From: Octopus bimaculoides | Taxonomy: Eukaryota | DNA length: 64,000 nucleotides | Direction of reading: 5' to 3' | Assembly: GCF_001194135.2 (NCBI RefSeq) | Contig: NC_068981.1 | Span: 92,268,662-92,332,661, forward strand | Program-made: the position numbers and the translations under genes | The notes under the pieces: generated by a model | What the model was told of the DNA's origin: nothing | The model's database searches: none | What the model saw: only the letters and a program-made list of their open reading frames with translations | Shown: positions 51,500 through 64,000 of the stretch, one piece after another | How the letters are laid out: every line of letters begins with the position of its first letter | Position numbering within the stretch: position 1 is the stretch's first letter

Positions 51500-52400
51500 T
51501 TTCATGTTTTTATCGTCATTAATCTTTTTTGGTCGGTTCTAAGCAACTAGTTTTGCTCGTATAGCTTTGGTTCTTTTGCATGTATGCACTGCTTCAGTTC
51601 TTCAATTACAACTTTCACGCCTTTTATATCTACACCATATTTCTTTCTAACTTTTTCGAATTTGCATTGATTCTGAAGTTCTCCATTTCTTTTCCTGAGA
51701 AGTATTGACACTACACTGTTCAAGGAGTTTATATCTTCAGATATTCTCCTTTTCCACCACGGTTTTTTTTATCTCCTATCCGTCGCAGTTCGATTCTCAG
51801 TAGTTCTCAGTCCCATCCTTTCCGCCACAATCCTACTAGCAGACTTGATAAGATTATTTGTTTGTGTGTTGTTCTTTGTTTCACTGTGTCGCAGTACAAT
51901 ATTGACTTTATTCCTCTCTTGATTTAGTCTCTATTGGTTAGCCTTTTTAAAGTCGCACACAAATTCTGTCCATTCTGTATTTAAATAGATCAAAAATCTT
52001 ATCTGTTATTAATCGATCTTCATTATTTGAGTAGTCACTGATCTCGATTCTTTCACAATTCACGGTATTATATACTTGCGAACGATTGTCCATGTTTTCC
52101 ACTATACTACTTTCATTTCTCGCAGGTCCAACCTCACTCGATATCCTTCTTTTAATACCTTCTAGCTCCAATTCTGTTAACCATCCATTCTTTCGTATTG
52201 CTCTTGCTTGGTCACATAAGTTCAGTAATTTCGAACAGTTCCACTGCCTTCCATTCCCTGTGCATTCGTTTTTTGTACCCTCTGACAGGGACGCCAATCG
52301 CATCCACTGGGGTGCTCCGGTAGTAACACTCTATAACCACCATGTTACTTGTTTATTTCACCTATGTCTTGTAGCATGGCTGGCAGTGGGGCACCTGCCG
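51500..52400 (-). mobile_element. R4/Dong-clade element, N-terminal part
   Basis: [26 protein letters not shown], the characteristic N-terminal motif of this clade; same strand as, and contiguous in order with, 49090-50440. Confidence 0.75.
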
Positions 52401-52519
52401 GGTGAGGCATCTTCACAGTGGGTTCCAGACCCGTTCACACCGTTATCGTCATTTATTTTGCTTGGCATTTTCACTCACAAATGATGTCTTTTTAGGTTAC
52501 AACCGACCAATATTTTTAT

Positions 52520-53000
52520 CGATACACCAACTCTATCAAGGTAGTCTACCAAAGCTGCAAGGTTGATGTTCCCTTGGTTTTGGACTCAGAGTGTTCCTAC
52601 TCCTAGGCTGCGTCCCGCACAAGGCTAATGAGTACAGCCTACCCGGAGCATTAGTTATTTGAAAGCGCCAGATACTCGCCTTTTCTGACATTTCTGTTGG
52701 TTTGGCAAAGGAGTCAACCAAGACTGCAGAGCTCTTACAACCCATAAGTTGGGCCTGTTCTCTTCGCATTTTTTGTGAGTTGGGGAATATGATCCTGATT
52801 CTCACTAGGAGATAGGTGTGCGTCAGTTGACCCCGTATCTTCATCCAAATATTGCTCCGGAGTTAAGTCCTGATTCGCAGTTCATTCGTCTTCATCCCAG
52901 GCAAGGAGCCATTGGTCACTGACAGGTTGTCACTACTGTGACTGAGGAGTCCTATCAACCCCTTAGACAGACTGCCAACAAAGGCTCACGAGTTCTCCCT
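52520..53000 (-). mobile_element. LINE 5'-UTR-like sequence
   Basis: GGTAGGCTGTACTCATTAGCCTTG..GCAGCCTAGGAGTAGGAACACTCTGAGTCCAAAACC resembles RTE-type 5' leaders; lies directly upstream of the R4/Dong ORF. Confidence 0.4.
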
Positions 53001-53004
53001 TCTT

Positions 53005-53035
53005 GTTATTTATTTATTTATTTATTATTATTATT

Positions 53036-53098
<63 letters not shown>
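53005..53098. repeat. (ATT)n microsatellite
   Basis: Direct reading. Confidence 0.95.
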
Positions 53099-53099
53099 G

Positions 53100-53290
53100 C
53101 ACGCCGGACAAATTACTTCAGCGGCATTTCCTCTGCCTTTATATACTTATTTCAAATTCTGCCGAGGTCGAGTTTGTCTTTCAGCCGAGTTCAACAAGTC
53201 AAGTACTTGATGCACACTGGCATCGAGATAATCCCGTACTCCTTTCTCCCTCAATTCATGATTGTATCAATACCTGAAAGGAATTAAATT
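53100..53290 (-). mobile_element. SINE family C fragment
   Basis: Reverse complement contains TGAAAGACAAACTCGACCTCGGCAGAATTT, matching GAAAGGCAAAGTTGACCTCAGCGAAAT at ~54040. Confidence 0.6.
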
Positions 53291-53648
53291 CTAATTATTC
53301 ACTGTAATTGAAATATACGTAGCTTACAACTCGATCTGTCCAGCTAAATTTCTTACTACATGAGATAGAAATCTTGAAAATTTTTCGATATAAATAGGTT
53401 TATAAAATACCGAGAATATATATGGGAGATGAAAAACGGAAGCTTGTGTTTTTTCTAGTTTTAGACAAATCATATATTATCTTTCACAGCGTTTTCAAAA
53501 ATATCTACACAAAGAAGATACTTCTCTCAAGAAAGCGAAAAGAACAGAATGGCGTGAACCATACCAAATGTCGCTATATGTCCTCCCTTTCTAAGTACAT
53601 GTGTTACACAAACACGCGCACACACACGCAAACACGCACACGCACACG

Positions 53649-53687
<39 letters not shown>

Positions 53688-53944
53688 NNNNNNNNNNTTA
53701 ATAATTTTGCTTATGGACCAACATTTTCATACCGCAATTCTTATCTTTTCCAGTTTGAAATTACGGATTTGATTTACGGCATATACGTGGAAAATAATTT
53801 CAGCTGTCTGCATAGAAATATATATCTTTCAATCAATAAACAGATATCTAAAGGTGGTAAAGAATTTTTCTTTTCTAATCCAGGTTTGCTGCAGGGTATC
53901 AGGAAGCTTAGTAAAATATATTAAAGTATTCATAATTCTTTCTC

Positions 53945-54070
53945 CTATAAGCACAAGGCCTGCAATTTGAGAGAGGGGATAGTCGATTTCATCGACCGTA
54001 GTGAGTAACAGGTACTTATTTCATCGACCCTGAAAGGATGAAAGGCAAAGTTGACCTCAGCGAAATATGC
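53945..54070 (+). mobile_element. SINE family C fragment (conserved central domain)
   Basis: AAGCACAAGGCCTG..GGTACTTATTTCATCGACCCTGAAAGGATGAAAGGCAAAGTTGACCTC; a short reverse match also lies at ~14225-14255. Confidence 0.65.
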
Positions 54071-55844
54071 GTATTCATAATGCTGCATTTCAACATTTGC
54101 CATATTGCAAACAGTTGTTATAGTGCCAATTGTGACAATTCCTTTTGCAAGATAGTTCGGTTTCGACTCGAGAGAACCTTCGCAGATAAAGCGGAAAATT
54201 TGAGGTCCCCTGTTGGTTCGTGCATTTTTCTTTTAATTGCATTTTAATCAATTCCATGTGAGTTTTTGTAGGTTAAATGTAAAATGTATGTGAAGCAACA
54301 ATTATGTGTAATAAGTAATTATGTGATCTGCCAGCTAATAGACTGGTCTGATATTCTTGTGGGTGGGGGGAAGGTAAATGCAACAATTGGTATACTACAT
54401 AAATTCAAAGACAGAAATTCAGTGTAAGTTTCTGTATATTTACACGTTTCATCGATGTTTGAATATTATATGAATATTTGCTTGGAATATCTCGCGGTTA
54501 TCAAGCTATACAATTTATTGATAGGGTTTCATATTTTCTAATTTCATTCATTAGACAGTCTGGAGTTAAAGATGTTTAAATATTTCCCTCACATTTTTGT
54601 CTGTCAGAAACAATTCTTAAACTTCCACATATCTTGACAAAGTAAGATCAATCAGTAAAGAGCTCTGCTCTGCACTGCAGAGAGTAAATGTGAATTTTTT
54701 TTTTTTTTTGTGATCTGAAGTATGATATTAAGCAGATTTATGGTAGCTGGTTCAAAATTCTCGAACTCGTCCCTTCTTTTGTTTAATTAAGAATATTGTT
54801 TATTCTCGGCATAAAATATTAATACCAATATTCCTTCATACTCCCAGACATAAAGGGGTGTTACGGTAAAATTAGATTGATTAGATATAATAAATGAAAG
54901 GATGGTTTTTATATCTTGGCGATTGCGTACAGTATTCTAATATTCACATGAATATAATGATTAATTTTGGTTCGGTTTAGTATAGACGTCATCTCTAGAA
55001 TTTGCCCCGAAATGACATAGCATAGAATAGAATAATTATCATTGATATAAATAAGAATTTTCTGAAGAATTATCAAGCAGAAGCCATATAACTTCAGTAT
55101 TCAGAATTTTCATAGTTATAAAATATTCTCACATAAAGAGCATTACGTACAATTTAACACATTTTTAGACAAACACTTATTACAATATTGATTGATGCAA
55201 GTCTATGAACTAACGTATGGAAATCAATACATATAGAAAATAGTTGAATATTAAAGTAATCAGAACCGCATTGTGCTTTGTTGAAATAAAGACACACTGA
55301 TTTTGTATCTTGGGAAATGTCACCAAACTTCAATATTTTTATTTACACTGCTTTAAATCTATTAAACAGTACGCGGCTATTAACAAATATTTGAAAATTG
55401 CAATTAATACTTTCTTTTTATTCTTTTAATCAAAACTGTGTAACCACAACAAAAAAAATATTGAATGTATCTTCATAGTCACGTTAATTTCACAATTGAA
55501 ATTAATCATTAGATGCAATTGTTAACTATAAAATGTATAAACATCAAACACTGGTGCCGTACGTTGCAGCAGATTTTATGTTCAAAGAAGCCACATAATA
55601 TCACCAGGGGAAATCGTACAGCAAGTACTCAGAAAGCCGCTCTAATAAACGATTGAGCCACATTTATCGTCTGATTTAACAGCATTTCAATGTTTCAGCT
55701 GTACTGAGAGTTTTATTTCATTGCCCATTTATATTGGTTGAAAGAAGTTCATTAAAAATGTATTGTTTAGCAACATGTAAAGATAAAATTCTTAGTTTGA
55801 AACATGTTATTATGATTCTAAATTTATTCGCAGATTATTAATCA

Positions 55845-55894
55845 AAATAACAATAACAACAACAACAATAATAACAATAATGATAATAATAATG

Positions 55895-55925
<31 letters not shown>
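55845..55925. repeat. (AAC)/(AAT)n microsatellite
   Basis: Direct reading. Confidence 0.95.
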
Positions 55926-55926
<1 letters not shown>

Positions 55927-58900
55927 TCCCTTCAGTACAGCTCATTAACTAAAATTACCTGTGGTGTTACTGTTCCATATATATAAGTCAATGAAATTTT
56001 AACTCATGCTGTTCTTATTCTCCCACGACTTACTAAACACATACACACATAAGCATATATTTGTATGTGTATGTATGTAAATATACAAAAACAAAATCCG
56101 TAGATCACATTCCCCGCTATTAAAATTCCTTACGTAATGTTCTATTTTAAAACTGTCTATCCTTTACGGTTTGAAGCTCGCTCAGTCAGTTTTCTTTTTG
56201 AGCTTGTCATAGATATAACATTTAATTTCAGTTCATGGTTTGTCTTGTTTTTCCACATATATTTTCCTAAGTTTAGAAGGATCATATTCTCTTCCTATTA
56301 CTTTCACACATGTCTTGTCTTAGCTCCGCTGTATAACCGAAAGTCCTTGTATACATTTAAAATTTGGCTTCTTTATAATATCTTCATGTTTTCTTTGCTG
56401 TTCTTGTTTTTTTTTCTGCTTTACCTTCTTTCCCGTTTCCCTCATAACTCATTCTCTTTACCTTTCGGTCTGATGACCCCATAATTTTGTTGTTTTCTGT
56501 TTACTTTACCCTTTCTTCCCTTCATGCTCGTTCATGTATACCTCAGCAGTATTTCGCTTTTCATGCAGCCCAATTACCTATTTTCAAATTTCATCTATAC
56601 GCGTACACGCAAACGCATAATCTTTACTATATACCCGACTTTTAGACACATTCATACCGGTAACCACCTTACTAGCCTATCCTTCACAGGTCTATCCCCA
56701 GACGTGCCACTACGTAGATTTATACATAAAACTATCTTCCGCATACACACCCAAACACTCAAACGAAAATATACAATATAACACAGTAAGTGAAACATAT
56801 CCCCTTACATTTAACATCTTTTCGGTGTTGCATTCGAGCCATTCATTTCTGTACTTCCTACTTGCAGCTTCCTACTTGTGCTTGATCTCTGTGTATGCTT
56901 GAGCCAGCTTGTATCCACACACCGCATCCATGGTATTTCTGCAGCTGATTCCTACTTAACATGCAACTTGTCTTATTTTTACATCTTAAATATTTTCACT
57001 CTTTTCTGGTCATTGTTTTCCAAAACGTCTTTCTCAACTTGATTTTATTTATGTAATTGATAAGAATAAATAGCTTCTGTCATCTTGATCTTTTCACTTG
57101 ATGTGATTCAGGAAAACCTTTATTCTCAAAAATATGCACACCCTCTAACATCCATACAGTCACAAACACCAGCATCTTCTAATGCACTTCCTCCCTTCTA
57201 CATGCTTGCTCGCTCTTACTATCTGTCTTCTGCTTTTCTTTATTTTTCTTTGTTTCTCTTGAAGGAATGACGTTCGTTTTGAACCGCCCATATCTGCTTC
57301 TTAATTTTTAAACACATTAATCAAAATACGTTTTTGTTATATACTTTACAATGTTCTTTTCTTTTTCAAAATTTATCTATATATGTATGCATGAATATAT
57401 GTGTGTGTGTGCGTATGTATGCATATAAATGTATATTTGTGCATACATACATGCATATAGACAGATATATAAATCTGTTTGTGTGTATGTATGTGTATGT
57501 GTATGCGCACGTGTATGTATATACATTATGTGAAAATGTTAGAGAAGGCATTTAAAAGATAGAGGGGGAGACGTATGTATAACTGGAATAAATAAAATGA
57601 AGTAACACTTACCTTGAATGCATAAATACTATAAGCCTTTCAATCCCACACAACGTCTGGGTCACTTGCTCCAGCTTAGTCAACATGGTGCCTAATGTCA
57701 CACGGAACAATAGCCGCAAACACATTCGAGTAAAGTCTTCAAAACAGACACTAAATTGTAACTTCCAAAATCCTATCAACTTCTCACGGAGAGGATCGTA
57801 CTTCTCGAGGCCTGACATCTATGGATCTCACGCGATTCAATGGCATTATAAGGCACTGCAGAGGAATGACAGCCGAAGTCTTCAAGAGAATGTAAATACG
57901 GTTTGGTGGATTTCGCCGTATAATATGGAGAAGCCATGACCAACGAAACTATACACCCAGCACGGAATGGAGTAATTAATCTGTGCTCACGTGGAACTCC
58001 CAATTGCTGACACGCCTTCCGCCCATACATAAATAACATTTACACATGCGGTATCTGTAAATTTCTAAATATTTCTGTCTATTACTGACACGCGCTGTTT
58101 GCTTTTTCTCAGCTCCATTATTACTCCGTGTGTCTTCGTTTTCCCTCTGTCAAGCGTGGGTCAAGCATGGTACAACAACAGAGAATCATGCGTTCACCGT
58201 AAGTCCTTATCTTACAAGTATTTGCATTTAAGGAATGATGGATAGAACATATTTTGTATAAATATCAAGTGGAATATATACAGACAATCGACATTATAGA
58301 CGACTGTTTAATATATTGCATTGTTTTCTAAACTACACAACTTAAAATAATATGTACATTGATGGGATCGTTCAAGAACAGGGAAAGCTTTTAATGATAG
58401 GCTGTATTTTTAGTGGGGTTAAAGAATTGGCGTGTGTTGCATCAATTACTAAAATTTCTATGAAAAAATACTGGAGAAAATATAATGCATTACATCCAAA
58501 TTTATGCCCAAGATTGTAACTGACATTTAAGACTTCAGCACGTAAAGAAGATGCTTCTTGTAATAGGTTTAATTCTAATGTCTCTATTTCATTTCTATTT
58601 ATTTTATTTACAGTAATTTCAACATGATGTATCGTTCGTGTCAAATTCCTGTCATTGTTCTCGTAATAATTATTGTCATATTTGAGATGAAATTTGATAT
58701 AGATGTATATATTTTTTATTCCTGATTATATTTTGGTGTTTACATATTTTCCTTTATAATATATTTTTCTACATTTTACAAGATTTAATCTTCTATTATG
58801 TCGATAAGTTTTCGTTTCTAAGAGCGGCATTTCAAAAATGCCTTACTACTTGCTGTCATGTTTCCATCAAGTCATGCTTTAGCGTATGTCTATATTTACA

Positions 58901-61900
58901 AGGAAGTTTTTTAAAAGATCATTAAAGCAGTGAAAAATATAATTAAAATTGAAATTTCTGAAATTAAAAGCAATATATGAAAATGAAAAGAAAATGCTCA
59001 AGCGCAAAAATAAATAATTCCTAAGTAAATCATCAACAGGAACTGTCACAACAGATAGACAATATTTAATTTTCGCAAGTATATGGAGTTTCAAGTTTCA
59101 GCTTCAACTTTTTTAAACGCATTTAACTCTGTTGGTTCATTTGTAAGTAAACAAACGTTAGAGCTAAAATGTTTTGCAAATAGAACTGCTATTTTAAAAA
59201 TATCAACGTCATTTCCGAAAAGTTAAACAATATTAAGTTCAGATAGCATACTGATTATCCATAAAAGTTAGTTTAAAACAGTAGCAAGAGCTATTTGAAT
59301 AGAGAATCTAATTTAAAAGTGTATTGATATTGGTTATGAAATATCTCGTGCAATTATCTAGTTTTTGTATTTCAAGTGTTGCTATTTATTATTAACCATT
59401 TGATAGATTTAATATATGAAATAGGAAAAGCATGGGAATTGCTATCACATATTCCAAAGCAGAATTAATGATTTCTGAATAATGGCGTTGCAAATATATG
59501 CGAAAAAATATATTATTCTGTTATTATTTATTACCCTCACGTATGTGATGTAACATAAAAAAGGACCGAGCTAACAGGAAAGTTTCGACGTATATGCTTG
59601 AACTCCTACAAATATCAGCTTGTATCTTCTTCAAATTACACCATACCATCCTTTACTTCTTGTAATTGTTTGGTTAGCGGAAGCATGGGAGTTCCCCTTA
59701 ACATTTTTAGAACCCCCAAGACTGCAGAAGAACAACGGCAACTATAATCATAAGGCCCAATAAAGGGAGGGAAAATTTCGATAGAGTTATTCACTGAATA
59801 GACCCAATTTAGAAGAGTATTTTGTCATGGCTGGAGTGTATTTTATCATAAATCAGCATCATAATATATTAGTTTTGTGCAAACAACGAAAAACTAATAT
59901 ATTATGATGCTTGCGTTTCTTGGTCAGAAATGGTAATCGAATTCAACTTATCAGACATTTTATTTTTTTAATACGGCATTCTGTATCGTGGCAACAAACC
60001 AATATCCTGGGAAATTGTTTACTGCTATCACATATATTTCATAGCAAATTTTATTTTTTATTACACGATTCCTCTAACCATCTTTTCCTAACTGCATGTC
60101 TGATCACGTTTCAATTAATTGTCAGTCATGCAATGATGAATCTGATATTTGTCAGCAATCAAAATTCAGTTTGTAATATTTCGCCTTAACATTGTCTGGT
60201 AATCGTTAAACTATAACACATCACAACATAATCGGTTATTTCGTACATCGTGGATTTATTAACATAAATAGTAAGTTTTCTGGAATTTATTCACGTTCGC
60301 TTCAAACTTGTTCATCCGTAATGATTTGGAAATATACCTGAAAGTTACAGTACTCAGAGATTTCATTATTTATATCAATTTTGTGTCAAAATTCATATAT
60401 GAGCGATAATTAAGAGTTCTATACGAAACTGAAATTTCGGCCATTGTTTTGGAAATATTATATATCATCAGAAATCTGTGGTTGGTAGCTTCAATATTTG
60501 CATGGACATTGTTTCAGTGAAGCTTCATGTTTAAGGACATCTTTGACGTCTAAATTAATGAAGGCAGAATTTTAGTCAGCATGCAGAAATAATCTAGGTG
60601 CAGCCCGTTGAAGAATCATCAATGCAGAAGTATCAGTACAAACCCCCGGAGTGAGGTAACTATGAATTTATGATTCCGTAAGTGTTCACCAGGAAAGGTA
60701 TTTGTTCTGATGCTATGAACCACACAGTTTATTTTACTGAATTTCTGAAGATTAAGAATCATTATCTCGACAGAAAGAATTATAATTCAAACCATGAAAG
60801 ACGGAATGTGCGGCGAAGGGAAATTAAGTATTTAAAATATTTTTCCATCGCATAAAACGATCGCATTTGCAAGGATACGTTGGTAATCGCCCAAGTCAGA
60901 AATGCACTTGTTTCAAAAGGTAACGATGGGTATTTCGAATGATTATTATCCACTCTGTAATGAGAAAGGAATTTTCAAGTTTCGGAAAGTAATCGGTTAA
61001 GGTCATGGAAGAAGTATTGTAACGATTTGCTACATCGTTACATATATGTCTGCTTAGTTGATTTCTGTGTGATTGTGGTGTTGGGAAAATCTGAATTGAA
61101 ATCGAGAGTGTGGTATTGAGATAAGAAGGCGTAGTATGGGGGAACTTTCAGCAAGAAGACTTTTCATCAGTGACGTGTCACTCTTAATTCCCAAGTCGTT
61201 TTTAATCAAAACTATGGATTTAGCATTTTCTTATTTAATGTAATTATTTATCACAAAAGACTCTGAATTCAGGACAACTTTATTGCAATTCTTAACTAAT
61301 AAAACAACCATGTAGAAACAGTCATAAAATTGGGGCAAGTATGAAGTTAATCATTTTGATTGATGCAATTGGTGAAATGATGCTATTTGTTTCTGTGTAC
61401 TTCTCGTAGCTAGCTTCTCGTTATTCAATGTTATCTACTTTATTACCAATATTTGCACTTATCTGTTTCATAGTTTTTAAATGCACTACTTGGATATGTA
61501 CAGTAAACTTCTAATATTTGCAGGAATAAAATAACTTTCAAAAGTCTGAAAACATTACGTTAAAACGAGTTTTGGTTTGAGAAGTGTTATATACCAGGCA
61601 AAGTGCTTTCAAATTAGTAACCATAAAATCTTATGCGTTCCACTTTATTATATCGATATCATCAAATCATTCTCATATACCACGTATACATGCAATGAAT
61701 ACAAAATTATGTGTTGCATCCCGACATGAATGATGAATCTGGGAACAGATAAGTCAAGAAATTAAAAATACAGTGTGGTTATTTCACTTAATTCTATAAC
61801 AAATATACTGAAGGGCCAACATGGCAGCCAATGCGTGGGCACAAAACTTGCTCTAAAATAGCCGAATACTGTTTTGTGAAAAATGTCCATCAGAAAATAA

Positions 61901-62699
61901 AGTCCCTCTTAATTTAAAAGAATGGACTTTCACAGATGGACTTATAATAATTCGGCTGCATAAAGTTTGAAAAACATCTACAGTCAATACAATGTATTCT
62001 AACAGTTTCTCATCGAATGGTGCTGAAGTAACATCAGCACGTGGAATATTTTATCATTGGTCGTAGGATTATCCAATTTGTTGGGCAACTAAAATCTATA
62101 ATGATATTGTCTATTTACTGCATTAAGATATGATGATTCGTTCTGAAGATAATTGAAAACCAAGTTTCGTGACTACTCAATCAATCAATAATTACTAGAA
62201 AGTGCAACTTGAATTCATCATTTCCACATAAGGAATATAATTATGCACATTTACTCCTAGTGGTAGAAAAGTGGGAAGGATTTCAATATTCCTTTAGATT
62301 GTCTGTTTCCACTTTCTGAAACGAATCAGAATTTTGAAAACTAGTAGAAAGAACTCTTACATCTAATTTTCTTATTTAGTTATTCCCTCTTTTCCTAGTC
62401 GCATTAATTTTAATTATCATAAAAGTATTGACAGACACTGTCAAGCTTGGTGCCATGGAGTCCATCACTTTGAATATCCAATTAAAGCAGATCTAATGAT
62501 GCTGTCCTGAAGTGAAATGATGATATATGAATCTTGATTATCTGTTTAAACTTTAAACGAGTGTTTCAAGCAAATGCTGTTTTGCATCGCGCGTTTACTT
62601 GAAACCACGTCTGAATCCATTAATGTACGTTTACATTCAACAGAAAAGAATATAAAATGCATAATCATTAAATGTAATGAAAAATAACTAATAATCACA

Positions 62700-63070
62700 T
62701 AATAATGAAGAATGTAACGTGATGATGATGACGACGATGTTAGTGGTGGCTGCGATGTTGGCGTTGGTGATAGTGTCCAAGGCGGTGTCGACGATAGTGG
62801 TAATGCCGATTCGTCATTGTTTCAAATTCTGGCTTTAACAATGGTTATGCTGAAGGTAGCGGTTATTTGGAATAATGGTCTTGGCAGTCATAACGTGGTG
62901 CTGGATTTTGATAATCGTGATATTAGAAGTGATGAAGTTGAAGTTGATATTGTTGTTCTTGCTGTTGATAGTGATGATGAAGATGATAATCATCATTATC
63001 ATCATCTTCATCGGTGTAGTCATTACAATTATGATCCTGATAATGAAATTGATAGGGGCAACAAAAGTGA
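62700..63070. repeat. decayed trinucleotide mosaic (GAT/GGT/GTT/CAT)n
   Basis: Period-3 low-complexity sequence that generates open frames on both strands. Confidence 0.7.
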
Positions 63071-64000
63071 CGGTAAGTCGTAGGATAACACGTTTTTGCA
63101 ATAGACGCTTATAGAAGCTAAAGTGCATAAAATGGTATATTCTTTTCCATCGTATTCAAGTTATCATCGTTTGCGAATTGCCGTTTTGAAGCACGAAAAT
63201 ATTCAATCAAATCCTGCAAATATTAACAACACATCAACTTGAAATACATCTTAGAAGTTAAATGTTTAGACAATATCGAATTCCTTCCTTTTAAACTTCT
63301 GTATTTTTTAAAGTACAAATTCAATAAGAAATAAAACTTCCTGCACTTCAATTTCTTTCTTAATTTCATTTTATAAAATAGTTGCATCTCCTTTATAGTT
63401 GGGATATTACATTATTTTGTTAATAGAATATTCAGGATCGAAATATAGTTTAATTTTATATATGTGGTTTCTAAAAATGCATTTATTGAATATATTATTT
63501 TTATATTAAATTACAAATATTATTTGACAAGGAGCATTGGCTTATAGAATAATGGACACAAAATATCTTGTTTGCTTGTTACAAAAGCATTATAATTCAT
63601 TGATGTAAATATAATAAATTTAAGTTGAGATTAACGTGTAAAATTTCGAATAACACGATAGATAAGTGGCTAAATTTTTCGATAGTAATATACTAGAGAG
63701 TCTTTGGTGATGTGCCATATTTCTTAAATCTTTACAAGTGAGAAACAATTTCGATGTAACATATAAAACATTAGTTTCTAGGTTGATAAAATCGTTTTAG
63801 TTGGAGTTGGGGACCATATGGTTTTGTGCAAATGTTCTGATCCTTTAACATCTGAGGTAAAACTCCACTTTGTCCAGCTTTGCAATTCATCTTTACGTGG
63901 TAGATAGTATCATTCACATTCTAAAACCTATGTAACTCTCCTTAAATCTTTCGCATGCTGCCTAAATTTGAAACAATTAAAATATACACTCGGGTATATC

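Noticed and set aside
58372-59094. Two minus-strand ORFs with faint hAT-like flavour
   Set aside because: No diagnostic motif; AT-rich chance ORFs are equally likely.
60598-60655. 58-nt AG..GT-bounded candidate exon (VQPVEESSMQKYQYKPPE* or CSPLKNHQCRS..)
   Set aside because: No polypyrimidine tract and no recognisable product.
62817-63128. Three overlapping ORFs on both strands
   Set aside because: They are products of decayed trinucleotide repeats.
63780-63915. Protein-like minus-strand frame LPRKDELQSWTKWSFTSDVKGSEHLHKTIW
   Set aside because: Bounded by stops, with no credible splice sites or family match; the window edge limits context.
1-64000. CRISPR array, rRNA or prokaryotic operon-type system
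   Set aside because: No regularly spaced direct repeats with unique spacers and no rRNA signatures; the sequence is eukaryotic repeat-rich DNA.

Overview
AT-rich, microsatellite-saturated animal genomic DNA with at least 7 large N gaps. The SINE families and repeat landscape look like an octopus or other cephalopod genome (inference, not database-confirmed). Most of the window is a graveyard of transposable elements: tRNA-headed SINEs with target-site duplications (TSDs); LINE remnants of Tx1/L1, CR1-like, RTE and R4/Dong type; Penelope-like elements (PLEs); a DIRS/Ngaro-like remnant; and pogo, mariner, hAT-MITE and Helitron pieces. There is no CRISPR array, rRNA or genuine tRNA gene. Two non-TE signals stand out. 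(1) Two divergently oriented, intronless ORFs about 24 kb apart (12876-13361 on - and 37377-38222 on +) are clearly paralogous. Each encodes a signal peptide, a conserved KR|SVLN dibasic motif, an S/T/P stalk, one TM helix with juxtamembrane Cys, and a tail ending in an RT(N/D)(E/D)I(E/Q)L motif. I recognise no family for them, and their codons show synonymous divergence. (2) A fully base-paired minimal hammerhead ribozyme at 18465-18593 has a palindromic stem III and an 86-nt loop II; three decayed relatives sit in PLE termini. All homology calls are by eye from translated motifs.
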